A DNA stretch of 64,000 nucleotides, taken from contig NW_026250405.1 in NCBI RefSeq assembly GCF_024521635.1, forward strand, positions 1,426,001-1,490,000. Reading direction: 5' to 3'. The position numbers and the translations under genes were made by a program. The DNA comes from Tricharina praecox (lineage: Eukaryota). Positions 48,089-61,526 of the stretch are shown piece by piece (the first letter of the stretch is position 1; every line of letters begins with the position of its first letter). The notes under the pieces were generated by a model. The model had not been told where the DNA came from. It saw only the letters and a program-made list of their open reading frames with translations, and ran no database searches.

Positions 48089-48725
48089 TTGGTGGATTAT
48101 GTTGGGTGTAGGGTGAATGGTTGCGTTTTGTTGTTTTACTGGTGTTTTTTGTGTGCTTTTTCCTGCTGCTTCTATGATATATGCTTCGAGTTAATTTCTT
48201 ACATACCTGGGTCGCTTTAACTATGGCTGGCTGGCTGTTTTGTGCTGGTTTTCTTCTTCCGTTTTACCGTTTCTCGTTTGATATTGCTTACTCTTACTAC
48301 AATGAGTAGGTGGTATTTATTGGCATACAAAATCGTTCCACAAGGACAGTGAAAACAGTGGGATAAGTGACATTAAACTGGCCAGAAACCGTGAGCGCTC
48401 CCAGTGGCGAATGATGTCGAATCCCTCTAGGTTCCAGTGTCCACTCGCTTTAGCCACAGCTCTAAAGCTCTACAGCTCCATAACATTGAGCAGCTATGAT
48501 ACCCGCCAGTTCCGTATAGCAAAGCAATGGGATCCTAACATCCGGAGTCCGGACATAGCCCATAACCCATATATAGCCTATATAGCCCGTCGTATCCCAT
48601 GAGTGACGAGAACGTAAGGAAGGAAGGAAGGAAGGAAGTCACAAATCATGAAGCCGGCGTATCATGGGGTGTCACTCGACTATCTCTGTTTTCTCTCAAC
48701 GAATCGAAAAGCCGTATGTCGGAGG

Positions 48726-48779
48726 ATATTGCCATGATCTAGATAGGTCGCATGCAATCAATGAATGAACAAAAAAAAG
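48726..48779 (+). mobile_element. Short A-tailed retroposon-like insert, copy D (54 nt)
   Basis: Flanked by the perfect 18-bp direct repeat AAAGCCGTATGTCGGAGG (48708-48725, 48780-48797); ends AATGAATGAAC-A8. Confidence 0.7.
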
Positions 48780-49526
48780 AAAGCCGTATGTCGGAGGGAA
48801 CAACTACGGCCACCTAGGTAGGAAAACGGCATCAACCCTGCAGGAGGAGTCGGTATCGCGCCACGGCCCACGGTAAGGTAACAGGTGGGAGATTTCCGCC
48901 GCGATGGTCATCACGGCGGGTGAAGCGGAAACTCTGAATCGGTGCTGGACTGAACTCTAATCGTGGGCTGTATTATGTATACCGTAGTAACGCCTAATCC
49001 ACCTCCCAGCGTAGGCCTGAGGGCTTGCGGACCGTGGTGGGTGAGACCGGAAGACAAGTAAGTAGATGGAATGCGCATCGGAGGAGAGTGGTAACGCTAC
49101 CAGGTGCGCATGGGAAGGAGCAAGGAGGTCTTCTCCGAGTGCTGGAGATTCACCGCGAGAATGGTGGAGAGGGACGGGCTCCCAAGCCGTCCTGGAGAGT
49201 ATATGATCGGAAGAACTACCTAGGGCTGGGATGGCTGCCGGCAGTATTCGTCCGCATAGGTAGTGGAAGAAGTTCCAGCCCTACAACGGTTCTCCGAAGT
49301 TACGGTCGAATGCCCGTAGGCTGTGGTTCCCGGTCACGGGGTTCGGGCGATGAGCGGTCAATGGAAGCAACGGATGAAGCCTGTGGAGAAAGGGTTAGGT
49401 GGAGTGGGGATGCGAGCTACTTAAAAGGGGAATCACAGAAGAAATGGCTCGAGATTGGGGTGAGATGCAGCAACTTGAAGATCCACGTCTGCCGGTTGAG
49501 AAAGAAGCAGGAGACCCATCTTGATT

Positions 49527-51100
49527 CTTATAACAACCAAGGCGAGAAAAGTCGATCACCGCCAGGTTCATCGGCTAGATCCTGGAGGCAAATTATGTCC
49601 TGCTTGCGCCCTATCTGAATAGTACATATAAGGAGGAGGTGGAGCGAGGATTGTTGGTACTATCGGGGAGGTTAGGGTGGATGGGGGGCTCGGAGGTCAG
49701 ACAGACTCTTTCAGGGCTGCGGGAGACTGTGTGCGAAGTACGGTAAGCCATCATACGGATTGAGGCGAGGAAGTGGGTGAGGAAGCGGAAACGACGGGTG
49801 CAGGTATCTGGGCCATTCGTAGAAGGACGGTGTAGGTAGGTATGTAGGTGGGCTACTCTGAGCTTCTTCGGGAACGCGGATATCGGCAGGACAGTTCCAC
49901 GGGAAGGCGCTGTGGCAGGTTCGAGGACGGCGTCCAATTTGCCGGAAGAGAAGTAGAAGCGGGAAAAGGAGGGAGAGCCGTTTCTTTGTGTGGTGCACAT
50001 AGGTACATGCCATTCAAGAAATCTTCTTTTGCTGGGTGGCCATGGGTGCGTCTGGATGTACCACGGGAGAGTGCGCAGGGCTGGGAAGTCATCCCGAACA
50101 TATATCCTCCCCAGACGGGCTCCAGCATCATATAGGGACTGGGCGAATACGGGAATTGCCTTGTTGGAAGTAAACGTCAGCTGCAACGTGAGGGCGGAAC
50201 TGCAAGAATGCCAACACGGGTTCCAGCTGTAAGGCATATGCGCATAATCACATAATGAGGTAGTGGAATCACAGCATGTGTTGCTATGCCGCATTCTCTG
50301 GGGGCCACAGGCATACCGTACCTGTGAACGCCCGGATCCTTCCGAGTCACCTTGGCTCCCTTGTGGTGGATGTACCCAGGCTTGGCCCGGTCCCGAGTAA
50401 TCGGTATCACCGTCTCGGTGATCCCACAAAGCAGCCTGGTGATTATTCATATCTGCGTCGTCATTGTCGTGGCCGTGGTCGTATTCAGACGGTGACGTCC
50501 CCGGGTCTCGATCCATGCTGTGCTGCTCCTCCGCCGCCGGGCGCCGGTAGATGATCAAGGATCCTGCCTTGGTGCAATTATTCCGCCATTTCTCGTCCGG
50601 TTGGCCGAGAGCCGAGAACATGTCTCGATCCCGGGCTAGCTGCCACCGCGTCGCTCGGAGTATTACGGCATACTCGCTTGAATAAACCACATCGGGGACA
50701 CCCTCTGTGACCTGGGTTTCGAGATGAGCGTAAACATCCATAATCCACCCAACCAATCGCCATTGAAGGCGGCCCAGGGATCCGTCAACACTGTCCCGAC
50801 GCACTGGGTAACGGTATCGGGGCGGGAGGTGGTGGTGTATATGCCTGTGGATGATGATCTAGGGCGTTGGACCCTTGATCTGTCGTCTGGGTTGCTGGAG
50901 CCGGGGGAGGTTCAGCTCGGTATTATGGGAAAGCTACCGAATGGTTGGCCCAAGTGTGGTGCTGGGTTTTGTGGAAGTGCCTGTGCAAGTCAGCCCTGAA
51001 GAGTCGAAGTACATAGAGTAAGTCACTGTGCTGCGTACCCTCCATTTTGATCTCGTATGTTCCACACCGTACATACTTGTTTCAGACATAAGCCGCACTC
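49527..51100 (-). other. Probable lineage-specific or decayed intron-containing gene around the 397-codon open frame 50804-49611
   Basis: Long open frame in non-repetitive sequence, with intron-like GTACGC/GTACGG donors and ..TTCAG acceptors nearby. Adjacent frames contain stops and no domain was recognised. Confidence 0.3.
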
Positions 51101-53231
51101 GTGAAAAAAAGCAACCAGAAGAAAAAGACGTATCGTTGGGGGCCGAGATGACGACGCCTCGCTTCATATCGTATGATATGGGACAGGTGATGGGTGACCG
51201 CCGCTGCCATAAGGATGGAACTTCTTGAAGAGATATCTACAGCCCTAACTAGAGTTACACTGTGACTGTCTCGGTAACAAGGAACTGCGGCTTACCTATA
51301 TCTAAGTACATATACCGTGCTGAATGAATTCGTTGCAAGGACGAAGGGAAACGGCGCGGAGAGGGGGAGGGGGGTGTTGACGGAGCATGAGGTGATGTCT
51401 CTGGTGGATATGTAGGAGGAAGTACGTAGACTGATGGAGCATTTGCCATTGCCAGTCTCAACTGTTGGCGCCGCAAGGACTTTGAGCTCGCCTCCCTAGT
51501 TCCCAAAACCGCTCATCCATGCGTTCACCGGTCTCAGTGCTGAGTAAGGCGTGCCAGTCGTCCCAGACGTTCCTCGTGTTGTTGTACCGTCCATCCGTCC
51601 CTTCGGCGGTATTACCATCGTGCGAGTCTGGCGTTCGGTGTGTGGGATTCGGGCCTTCACCGGGCCTCACCGGGCGAACCTCACGCTGCCGTGCATGCAT
51701 ATCCACGAGTGATACCTTGTGAGTACGGCTCGCATCACGTATCCTACCTGGGTAGATCATTATTGTTTCATGTTTCGTCCGTGCGGGTCGTCCGTATGCA
51801 TAGCTTAGCCCCGGGAGGGCGGTACAGCACGTCGTGAACCCCCCACCCCATCAGGGATAAGGTAACTTGCATGTCCGTAGGTCCGTATGTACGAGGACTA
51901 GACTCTAGTAGGACTCGGAAGACCGTATGTCTGAAGTACGCACCATGTATGCATTAAGCTTACCCTTAACGAACCGTTCCGTAAAGGATGCCCGGGACTT
52001 GGCCGCTGTGTCTATATCCGAGCTAACCATGGAGCTTCACACTGTACCTATCTCGGAGCTAACCACGGAGTTTATTGCTCCTCACGTACCCCACTCCACC
52101 AGCCCACCAGCCGACTGCTCTCATTCTTGGTAGTAATAGTGATAGACTTCGTAAACAACCCTCCCTCCCAGGTACAAGGTATGTAGGGCGGTGCTTATCG
52201 CAGTCTGTTACCGTAATCCTTGGGCTTGGGTGCTACTCACTTCTGTAACATGTACTACTACTACTATATCTGCCCGCCCCATTCTATAGGCTGTTTGTCT
52301 GCCTATCTGCCTGTCTGTCCGTCTGACTGGCAGAAACGGATACAATCATACCCGGACTGCTGAATGCTGGAGTCTGGAGTCTGAGTCTGGAACTCCGATG
52401 ACGACCCACGAGTGTGCTCTCCTGACTTGACTCGACTTGACAAATCAACCGTGCGAGTCCCTCGCCGTCACCGTCGATACCGCGAGCATTCCGGGAGGTG
52501 GGAGGGAGACTGCTGCACGGGCGGATACTAGCGAGTGAGCAATATATCCTTTAATCTGGAGGAAAACAAAGTTCGGTCTCCCCCCAAGTTCCAACCATGA
52601 TCTCCAGTCCAGCAACAGCCAGGTTATTTAAACGCCATATACCTAGGTAAGTACTTGAAGGATTGCATGTGAGAAGCTGAATCCTGATCGCTGGTTCACC
52701 GGCAACGATCGTTCCGGGCTGTCCCATCTCAAGTCTCGCACTCACCACATCCCCATCACATCATATCACATCACATCACACCACGGCCGCCTTCTAGTCG
52801 GACTCGACTTGACTCCGTTTCATTCGTCACCTGGCACATATGTAGCAGAACATTGTACCAAGTACGTACGTACGTATAGAGGGAGAGGTATTACAGCCTC
52901 GATCCGTCGGACCCGGAAGAAAACATAATAGTAAACGGAAGCATCCACCACCAGCAGCAGTACACCGCACCGCCCGAATCCGGCGCAATATAAAATTTCT
53001 TCAGGAATGACAAACAACAGATACCGGTCCAGTCCACCCCCACCATCCCACAATCCCACCCCACCATCCCAAAATCCCACCCACGCATCCACGCATCCAC
53101 CCACCCATTCACGCATCCACCCTCCGCATCCGCATCCGCTTATCGATCCTGCCTCCCCCACCCCACCCTTCCCCCACAACCCCTCCAGAGATAACCGCAA
53201 ACGTCTATCCTCCACCCCTTCCACCCCACGG

Positions 53232-53414
53232 CTAGCCCCACCGCCCCAGCATAGCCGCCTCATTGGCCTTCGCCACGTGCTTTACGAACTCTCCATCCGG
53301 ACACCGCTTCCCACACGCAGTGTTGGCGCAGGTCTGGGTCGTTATCGGGTTCTTGTGGTTGCAGTGGGAGCAGGTCCACTGGTACGCCGGTGGTGAGGAG
53401 GTTCCGGCGCCCAT
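53232..53414 (-). CDS. 60-aa microprotein: N-myristoylation motif plus RanBP2-type zinc finger
   Basis: MGAGTS (G2, S6) followed by WTCSHCNHKNPITTQTCANTAC (W-x-C-x2-C-x3-N-x6-C-x4-C). ACAATGG start context and a TATATA ~140 bp upstream. Confidence 0.65.
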   Translation of the reverse strand: MGAGTSSPPAYQWTCSHCNHKNPITTQTCANTACGKRCPDGEFVKHVAKANEAAMLGRWG

Positions 53415-53921
53415 TGTTCTTCTTTGTGATTGCGGTGGTTGTGGGTGACGGAGGGAGGGAGAGGTAAGAGGGGCCGGATGTGATGGGAGGATGTGGGCAG
53501 TGGGCAGTGGGCAGTGGGCAGTGGGGGAGGACGGGGAGGAGTGGTGGGGGTATATATGGATCGAGGATGGGAGGAGGGCATATATGCATTTGGAAGGAGA
53601 TGGAGGGCGGGGGGGAGGAAGCATGGACGGATGGATGGAGGGGCACGAGCGAGTGCCTGGGTCGTCACTAGTCAGCTTGTCTGGTCTAGTCTCAGCTTAT
53701 TCTCTCGGGCCGTACGGGTGAGACGGTGAATAGCGGGGTGAAGTGAGACAGGCCGGAGGTAGAAGGTGATGTTGTCACCTCGCTCTAGATTGAGATATGT
53801 ACAAACATGATACAGAGATGGGTACAGGGGGAGAAGATACCCAGTGAGGGGAGAAAGGAAAATCATTTACAGGTCCTACAATGCATCATCTCGGTCATTC
53901 CGTCATTAGCGTGAGTTCAGT

Positions 53922-54566
53922 TCACCAAGCCCTAGGCACCAGCTTCTTCATGACATCCAGTCTCCATCCGACAGGTTGTTGACAGTCGTCGTCCCACCTG
54001 ACGTCTTCCCAGACGTGTTGCAGAACCCCCGTCCGACAACGTGCCCTCCTGACGGCCTTCAACACCTCCCTCATCCTTCCATCGCAGATCCGAGCATGCA
54101 GTCCCGCAACGGCAGTCAACATCCCATCCTGTGCCTCCACTAACCGTGCCGACACACACAGCTTCCCCTCTGACGCGATTTCCTCCTCGAGGACCCGATG
54201 TCGCTCCTGCAGTGCCGACAGCTGGACGAGTATCCACGCCGTGGCCGCAACATTCTCACCGTTCCACAACCGTTTCCCTCTGCGCAGCAGTTGCTCGCGG
54301 GCTTCGCCCAGCAGCTCTACGTAGCTCGTCCCCGACGGAACGACGAAGCGGCGACCTCCGCCAAGGACCAGGAGGGGCACGCAGCGGCAGAGGGGACAAG
54401 TCTTGTCGATCGGGATGTGGTGGGGTAGCGTGGAGGCGGAGGGGGCGGAGGGAGCGGACAACCAGCTCAGGATGCAGCTGTAGTGGAAGACGGAGTGTGT
54501 ACAGGGATAGATGACGGCGGGGGTGTGGAGGGGGTCGTAGCAGATTATGCAGGTGGAGGTAGACAT
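53922..54566 (-). CDS. RING-finger protein (putative E3 ligase), 214 aa, intronless
   Basis: CIIC...PCTHSVFHYSCILSW...CPLCR at the N-terminus, then a helical C-terminal region. Confidence 0.75.
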   Translation of the reverse strand: MSTSTCIICYDPLHTPAVIYPCTHSVFHYSCILSWLSAPSAPSASTLPHHIPIDKTCPLCRCVPLLVLGGGRRFVVPSGTSYVELLGEAREQLLRRGKRLWNGENVAATAWILVQLSALQERHRVLEEEIASEGKLCVSARLVEAQDGMLTAVAGLHARICDGRMREVLKAVRRARCRTGVLQHVWEDVRWDDDCQQPVGWRLDVMKKLVPRAW

Positions 54567-57500
54567 TCCTGGGATGAGGCGGGAGTTCGTGTTGGTATCT
54601 GGGGGAAATTCGGTTGGTACCTTTTCTCCGCTGCTGCTGCTGATGATGCCGTTGTTGTGCTTCTAGTCGGTGATGTTGCGGTGCTATGTATCCGCGCCGA
54701 GCTCAGCCGCGGCCTACAGCAGCTGTAGGCTCCAGCTAACGATCGATATCAGTAATCGCCGCAGACTCCACAGAGTCACCGTCAGTCAAGCATTCATTCA
54801 TTCATTCGTTTGTTCCCATCCCTGAGCTCTCGACGTGACTCACTTGGCATGTCAGACAGCCGTCTTTCTTCGGCAGTATTGCGCCGTTGGGTGCACTTCG
54901 TTATGTTCTTTGTATTTCGTTACGGCGTTCGTGGTGTTCGTGATGTCGTGAGTCGTGACGTGCACGACGTGACGTTTGGCGCGCAGCTACCTAGACGCGC
55001 CGCCGCAGCTCAAGGTCATCTCATCTCGCAGCTGCCTTCCGTATTCAGCCCTACCGGGACTTACCGCGGTTCTGGGGTCTATTCCGATCACAACAGCAAA
55101 CGGTCGTGCCTCAACAGCCTCAAACTCGGTCGCAAACGTATGTGCCTACGCAGGCACTATGGATATACCCAAGTATCCACCCACCAGACGGCTGCAATTT
55201 ACCGAACGCCAAGATCAAGCCGCCGCCAACTACGCTTGGTGGGTCTTGATGCCTGGAAACACTATCAATACCTCCTCTGCGGTACTGTGAAGTCATCGAG
55301 TAATGTTCCTATACGAGGACGAGACACGCATTCGCGCAAACCGGTGATATCTCCGACAGCTGTCGATTCCCGATCGGGGCCGAGATCGAATGGAGGGGCC
55401 AGCCAGCCGGATGTCTGCACGCCTCATTCAACGCCTCAAAGCATAAGTGCATAACCCCAGGCGATGGAGGATGGGGGCGGGCCAGCTACCGACGTGACGA
55501 AGCTTAATTCCCAAGCGAACGGCATCGCGAATCGGCTAAGGTGAAACATCAGCTGCTAGATACTCTAACTACATGTCAGCTGGTGAGATCGGGCGTCTCG
55601 TCTTGTCTCGCATAGTGCACCCCAACGGCGCAACTTCCGATCAAAGTGCACGCCGTTGAACCCGTCAGCACCGAGATACGGTGGCAAACCTTCGGATCAA
55701 AGGACCTCTCGGTGCTCAGCTAGCCAGCCAGCCAAGAGCGCTGGAACCTCGGCATGAAAGAGCAAATATTTCGAGGCGGGCTACCTATCTCTGAGTCAAG
55801 CGGGGTCCCTCCGACCCGAAGGCTCGGGACAGACATGTTTTTCCCGCCTCGGGCAACTCCCCACAGAGCAAAGTGGATAACCAGTCCGGGTGTATGTTTG
55901 TATGCCCTATCTACACACCATTTAGTACATACTTGGTACCTATTGCTCCAGCTAAACCAAGAGTTGAGTTGAGTTGAGATATGTACGGCGGGGGATTGGG
56001 CCCCGATCACAGACAGCCGCTGTACATAAGTCCGGGCCCGAGGGACCGTGCTTCTTCCTGCTTTCTGCGAGATCACCGGTTGATCGCTAACTACCGTACC
56101 AGCCTCTAGGAGGGCGAAGATTGATTGTAGACAACTAGGAAACAACTAGGAGCATTGGTTTCTGCATCCTAGAGTGCAGTAATACGGTATTGAGTTCCCA
56201 TGAACCTCCAAGCCCGAGGACTCGGAAGAACTTGATTCGGCCGGATTTTCCCCGGTCGCCGTGGCACCTATACCTGCTCATCTCGCACGCCCTGCGACAA
56301 GCCATGTATCTATCAAGTATGTTCGCCAACCTGCCCGGCTGACCATAGGCGCGCAGAGAGCAGAGATCACTCCTCCCTCCTCCCTCGGCCTGCAGGACCA
56401 CGAGCGGATCCTGCCTCCAGGTGGATTATCCAGATTCCACCCACGCTTGGAGACCTATGTATGTAGCATAGGTAGATAGAACGAAACTGTGAAGTCCCCG
56501 CTTAATCCCCGGGCCCAAGGGTTCGGGGCAAATATGTCTTGTACATATGATACATACCTGCTTCGTTCGGACATTCCTCCGGGCGGGACGCCGCAAGCCC
56601 TGTCGACTCTCGAGTCGTTCCAGCTGGACTCTGTGTTGATGCATATCTGCGCGAGACCTATGAAGTCATCATAGCCCTCCTCTGTCGGATCATTGATGTC
56701 GTAGACATCCGCATTGTATTATGCATGTGTATCACGTCGAACAAACACCCCGATCATGTCTGGTCTTGCTAATATCGATATTTGCACCCGCCTCCACTTC
56801 CCATTACCAAGTATCTAAACTATCCATAAGACATATCTCCAGATTCTCAGATTCATAATCATTCTCAGCTCCACCCCCTCAGTCGCGCGGCCCTTACTTG
56901 AGGATTCCGCGGTTCCTTGGCAGTCTCAGTGCTTGACTCTATGATTTGAGCTCATCACGGAATCCTGTCTCCATCTCTCCCATATCCCATCGAAGCCGGC
57001 TCCATCGAAGAAGCATCCCTCCCTCCCGCCCTCCTCCATCATTAGGAGCCCAGCAGTCGGGTGTGCTTTCCATAAGCTACAGCTTTCTCTGTAAAGAAAA
57101 AAAAAAGGTGACCGGCACGCACCGCGTCCAAGAATAAGCCCCATTGAGTTACCTCCCCCCGCCCCCTCCGTCAGGAAGGGTGGGGAGAAGCAATCGCATA
57201 ACTATCCCAATCGACGAAGAGTTGTTTCGCTGGTGCTACCGCAGCGGCGTTTCCGCGCGCGTCGTCGTGAAGACGACGCAGGTGTCCGGGGACTTTCTCC
57301 CAAAGCCGGGGTGGTGAGACAAGCCCGCTGCCCCGAGGGGAGGGGAGGTCTCCGTGTGTGGCTTCGATTTGCGATTCTTTGAGTGCGGTGCGTGTGGTGA
57401 GAGGGAAGAGGGAAGAGGAGGAAAAAAAGTTGCAGTTATGTATTAGAGGGGGGTTAGTGGCTTGGCGGGGGATTTGGCCGACAGCCTGCAGGTGGGTGGG

Positions 57501-58164
57501 TGGGTTAGTCAGCGGGTGTGGGGCATGGGATCTCACTCGCATTTAGAGAGAGATGGAAAAACTGGGAAATGTCGTGCGGTTCCCAACACTGAGATATGGT
57601 CAACCATTCGGTTTCTTCACAAGTATTCACACCCAGCTCCAGATCCAGTATAATACATATCCCACCCAGGAACGAGTACCTATCACAGACAAATCCACCA
57701 TTACATCGGTACAGCCCTCTGGTAGCTAGCAGCAGCAGTGATGAAGAAGAACATGAAAAGAGAACATTATTTTGAATCCCGTGAAACCGACGATACGATA
57801 TGCCCCCATACCCACCCGTTTTGTTGTACCTAGCCTAAGTAACAAAGGAAAAGCGAAGGAGAAGGAGAAGAAGATTTCACACCCAAAAAGGTTCTGCAGT
57901 TCATGGTAGCGGTGATGATGTGGATGTGGATGTGTGTGTGTTTGGGGCGCCTAGTATCCTTTCCCGATGACAGATGCCGACAAAAAAAAAGAAGAAAAAA
58001 AAGAAAAAAGAAAAAGAGAAAACCCGGAGTAAAAATATATAGACCAAGAAAGAAAACAGTAAGGTATTTGGGCAGATGTGCTCCCGGCATTTAGTCCTCG
58101 AGCTAACTGGCAGCTCGCTACTTATGTATCAGTGATGATGTCCTTCCATCATCAGCTCGGACGA

Positions 58165-59685
58165 CTAATCCGTTTTCCAGTGACTTGTTAATGTTTCGTT
58201 CCCCTCCTCGTCGCCCATCAGGAGCTCAAACGCGTAAAGCAGCACTGTCGTTCCGTCAGTAATCTAGCGTGGTATCATGGTATCACGGGGTTGTGGTGAC
58301 ATACTTGTGGCTCCAATATTTACCCATCTCCAGACGTGACCGCCAACCGGCACCCCGGTAATCCATCTAGCGGCCAGACCATTCCCGCCCACAACCTCAA
58401 AGTGTTGAAGCAGCAGGTGCGTGTAAACGGCAACCAGGATGCAAGGGCTATACCATCCAAAGAACCCTGCGATCCTGCTCATGGGCTCCCCTTGTTCTCC
58501 GGACTGCCGCACCGCGGGAATGATGCGGGTAGATGCATAAAAGACAAATATGCGATATGCTAGCGAGATGATAACCGACGGCGTGATGGTCGAGTATGCC
58601 GATATCATGAAGTTGCCCACTTGCTGCAGGAACGAGGGCAGGAAGGCTGAGAGGTTGTCGACCAGGGACTCGTAGCTAGTCATGATTATAGGCGGGAAAG
58701 GCGGAAACTCGGTCTTCTCGATGGCCACTGGTTGGGGCGTCGATGGCTTGTAGTCGGTGAAGCTGGGACAGCTGTCAGTATGCTACAGGGTCACACAACG
58801 GGTTCGGGAGAGATTACATCTGGTAGACACAGAGCACGATATACGAAAACTATGGGGTACCATGTCAGTCAGCCTCCGATGACGGTGGGAAGTGTGAAAC
58901 AAATACCAATAGCGAACTCTCGATAGGGTTTCCCCGTCCCGACCTGATGCCATAGGCGCAGAGGAAAATAGCACAAGTAACCGAAACACCGATCAGCGCG
59001 GCATCCAAGTTTCCAATCTCCGGAAATGTGGTGATTCTCCAGAGAAAGTACAGCGCGGAGGATATTATCGAGCCCGACATCACCAATAGAGTAATCTGAG
59101 ACACAATCAGTACATGATTCCGAGGTCATTTTAACGCAGTTTCGCCCTCACCATCCAAGTATCTGCCTTCTTGCGGTTCACCAACCACCGCGAAATCTGG
59201 CCACCGGCTTGTATTACCAACAAGCTGCAGAATCCCTCCGACAGTTGAAACATAGGGGTTGAGAACGTCAGAAACGTATCCCAAGCCCCTATGGTGAGCC
59301 TGTCCATAGCTGACCTCTCGGCGGCATGTCCACCATCAACTCCCAAAAGGCGTTCCCTGGCTTCGAACCCCAACCCACCACTACCCCCACCACCACCACC
59401 GTCATCGTCCGCCTTATTCAGGGCATACACCAACAGCCCCAGAATCACCACGCATTGCAGCATCTCGACGCACCCCAGCAAGATCCTGGCCCCCCGCCAT
59501 CGCGTAGTCGATGGGATCCCCCCCCGCGCCGTCGACAGCAGGAAGTAGAAAGCCGCCAGTAATAGCGAATATAGCAGGCCGCAGTCTCTCCCGCCCACGT
59601 CGAAGGCCAGGGGGACAAAGAGGATGACAAACCCGAGGAAGCCAACCCCGGTCAATATTCGTGCCGGAGCCCAGGAGAGGCTCAT
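58165..59685 (-). CDS. ICE2: ER membrane protein Ice2, 5 exons
   Basis: Exons 59685-59152, 59095-58907, 58849-58818, 58762-58305 and 58244-58165. Motifs: PLAFDVGGRDCGLLYSL, STPMFQLSEGFCSLLVIQAGGQ, GRGNPIESSLLFSYIVLC, YSPCILVAVYTHLLLQHF and terminal HWKTD. Confidence 0.93.
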
Positions 59686-61526
59686 GGGGGCCTGAGTAGG
59701 TGGTGTCGGGGGTTCGCGAGGGTGCACGGATGATAGGTGATGGCGTTTTCGTCGGTAGAGAACGTGAGCCGCGGATGGATGCTGCAGTAGCGATAAGTAG
59801 AAGGTGAGGTGGCCAGTGCTGTACGGACGGAAGATGGGAGCAGTGTGAGGCGACCTTTGGCGCGATCTTCTTCGTTCGTTCGCCGGGTCGGTCGATGATG
59901 ATTCGTCACTACTCGGGGGGTCGTGTCGAGGCTTCGGGACGTGTTCTCTTGAGATGACTGCGGGGGAAGGTGGCGGGAGGGGTGCCTTCTTTCTTCGTGG
60001 GCTGGCCTTTCTGATTTTTCTTCTCCCTCGCTCGCTCCTGCGCGCAGCCTATCGCACTGGGTGCGGTAGTAAGGTAAGGGTGGAGACGACGGCGATAGCG
60101 CGGCAATAAGCGTCGGTAGTGATTTTCGCAGGTTTCGTTCGTTTGGGTGGTCGTAGGCGGGCCGGTGATGGGTGGTTAGCTTGGTGATGGTATGTAGCTA
60201 CCTATGTAGTGACTTTAGTGGTGGTCTTTTCGTACGCAGTGTAGTGTAAAGTGTAGTTACTCGACGTGCCGGTTGCGTGCTATCGGAGTGTGAATCTGGA
60301 ACGTGCAGCTGGCGACTAGTTACAGCGATTGCGAGAGTGCTGCAGGCGCGGATCGACTTTCTTCGTTGGAGTATGTAGCAGGAGCCAGACGGCAGGAAGT
60401 ATGTACTCGAGGTAGAATGTGCTCGTAAGGAGCGGGATACGCAGAGTTGCAGAGTTGCAGAGTATGCAGAGAGTTTGGCGGAGGTAGAAGTGGTGGTGGT
60501 GGAGGTGGTGATGAGGGCCTAGGTAGAGGCGCGGTCTGGATACTGGGAGACGACGACGACGATCGGCCTGGGGATCTAGATGCCCGTCGTGAGGTTGGCT
60601 AGAGTAGCGAAACGAACGGCAGCATTGACAGCATCGCCGTGAAGAAGACGAGGTGTTTCGCCGACGGGATGAAATGTGTCCTGACGACCAAACGTGATGA
60701 TGCTTCTTTCCCACTCTACTCCAAATTACCAGCTATTTCCTTTTCCTGCGTTTCTTTTTCTGGCTGCTGTGGCTGCTACTCTGCCGTACCGAAACGCCGG
60801 ACACGAACCCTGCCGCCCGCCACTACTAGTAGCTACTCCTCATCCACTGCCCACTTACCATCTTCTTGCGTCTTTCTGACGATTTCGTATCCTGTGTGAT
60901 CCGTCGTCCACTGTGTCAACCGATTGCCTTCCGCAGTCCTCGGTTTTTGGGTGTGGTGTTTCTTGAAGGCGAGAATCCTCCACAACTCGTCGCAGCCTGC
61001 ACACTGACGCCCATCTCGGTGCGGCGGCCGCCCCCGGACGATGACGGCAGCAATATCTATATGGACAAATACTTCACAGTACTCGTAGCCACAAAACGAT
61101 TGATGGAGTGGACGAGTACCTGTTATCGTGCGTTGACTCCAGGAAATCATCCTGGCATTCGTGTGGGGAAATGAGCAGAGATGCGTGCAGACACACGACC
61201 AAGCAGGAAACAAACTGTGGAGAACACTCCCGAGCAGCACGATAGATAGATATCGCTGCACGTCTACCTTCCTTCCTTCCGTGCCTTCCTTTCTTCGCGA
61301 TCTCCACCCACATACGGCAAATCCCTCCCAATCCAGCATCGTTTGGTTTGACAGCACACGATCACCCCATTCCCTGAATCCCCTAGTCCTCGATCACACT
61401 AAAGTAACCTTGCTTACTGGGCTAAACTCTGCGGCGTCCGGTTCTTCATGTGATCCTCTTACCCGGCAATGGTACCCTGGCGGCGGTTCGACTTTTGCTG
61501 CCCCGCTATTTGCATCTACTCGTTCC

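Noticed and set aside
54810..57542. Scattered ORFs and intron-like signals between the RING gene and ICE2
   Set aside because: No recognisable protein; frames are fragmented
60866..61174. 102-aa ORF between ICE2 and MYG1
   Set aside because: No ATG at the frame start, upstream stops and no motif; probably divergent promoter DNA
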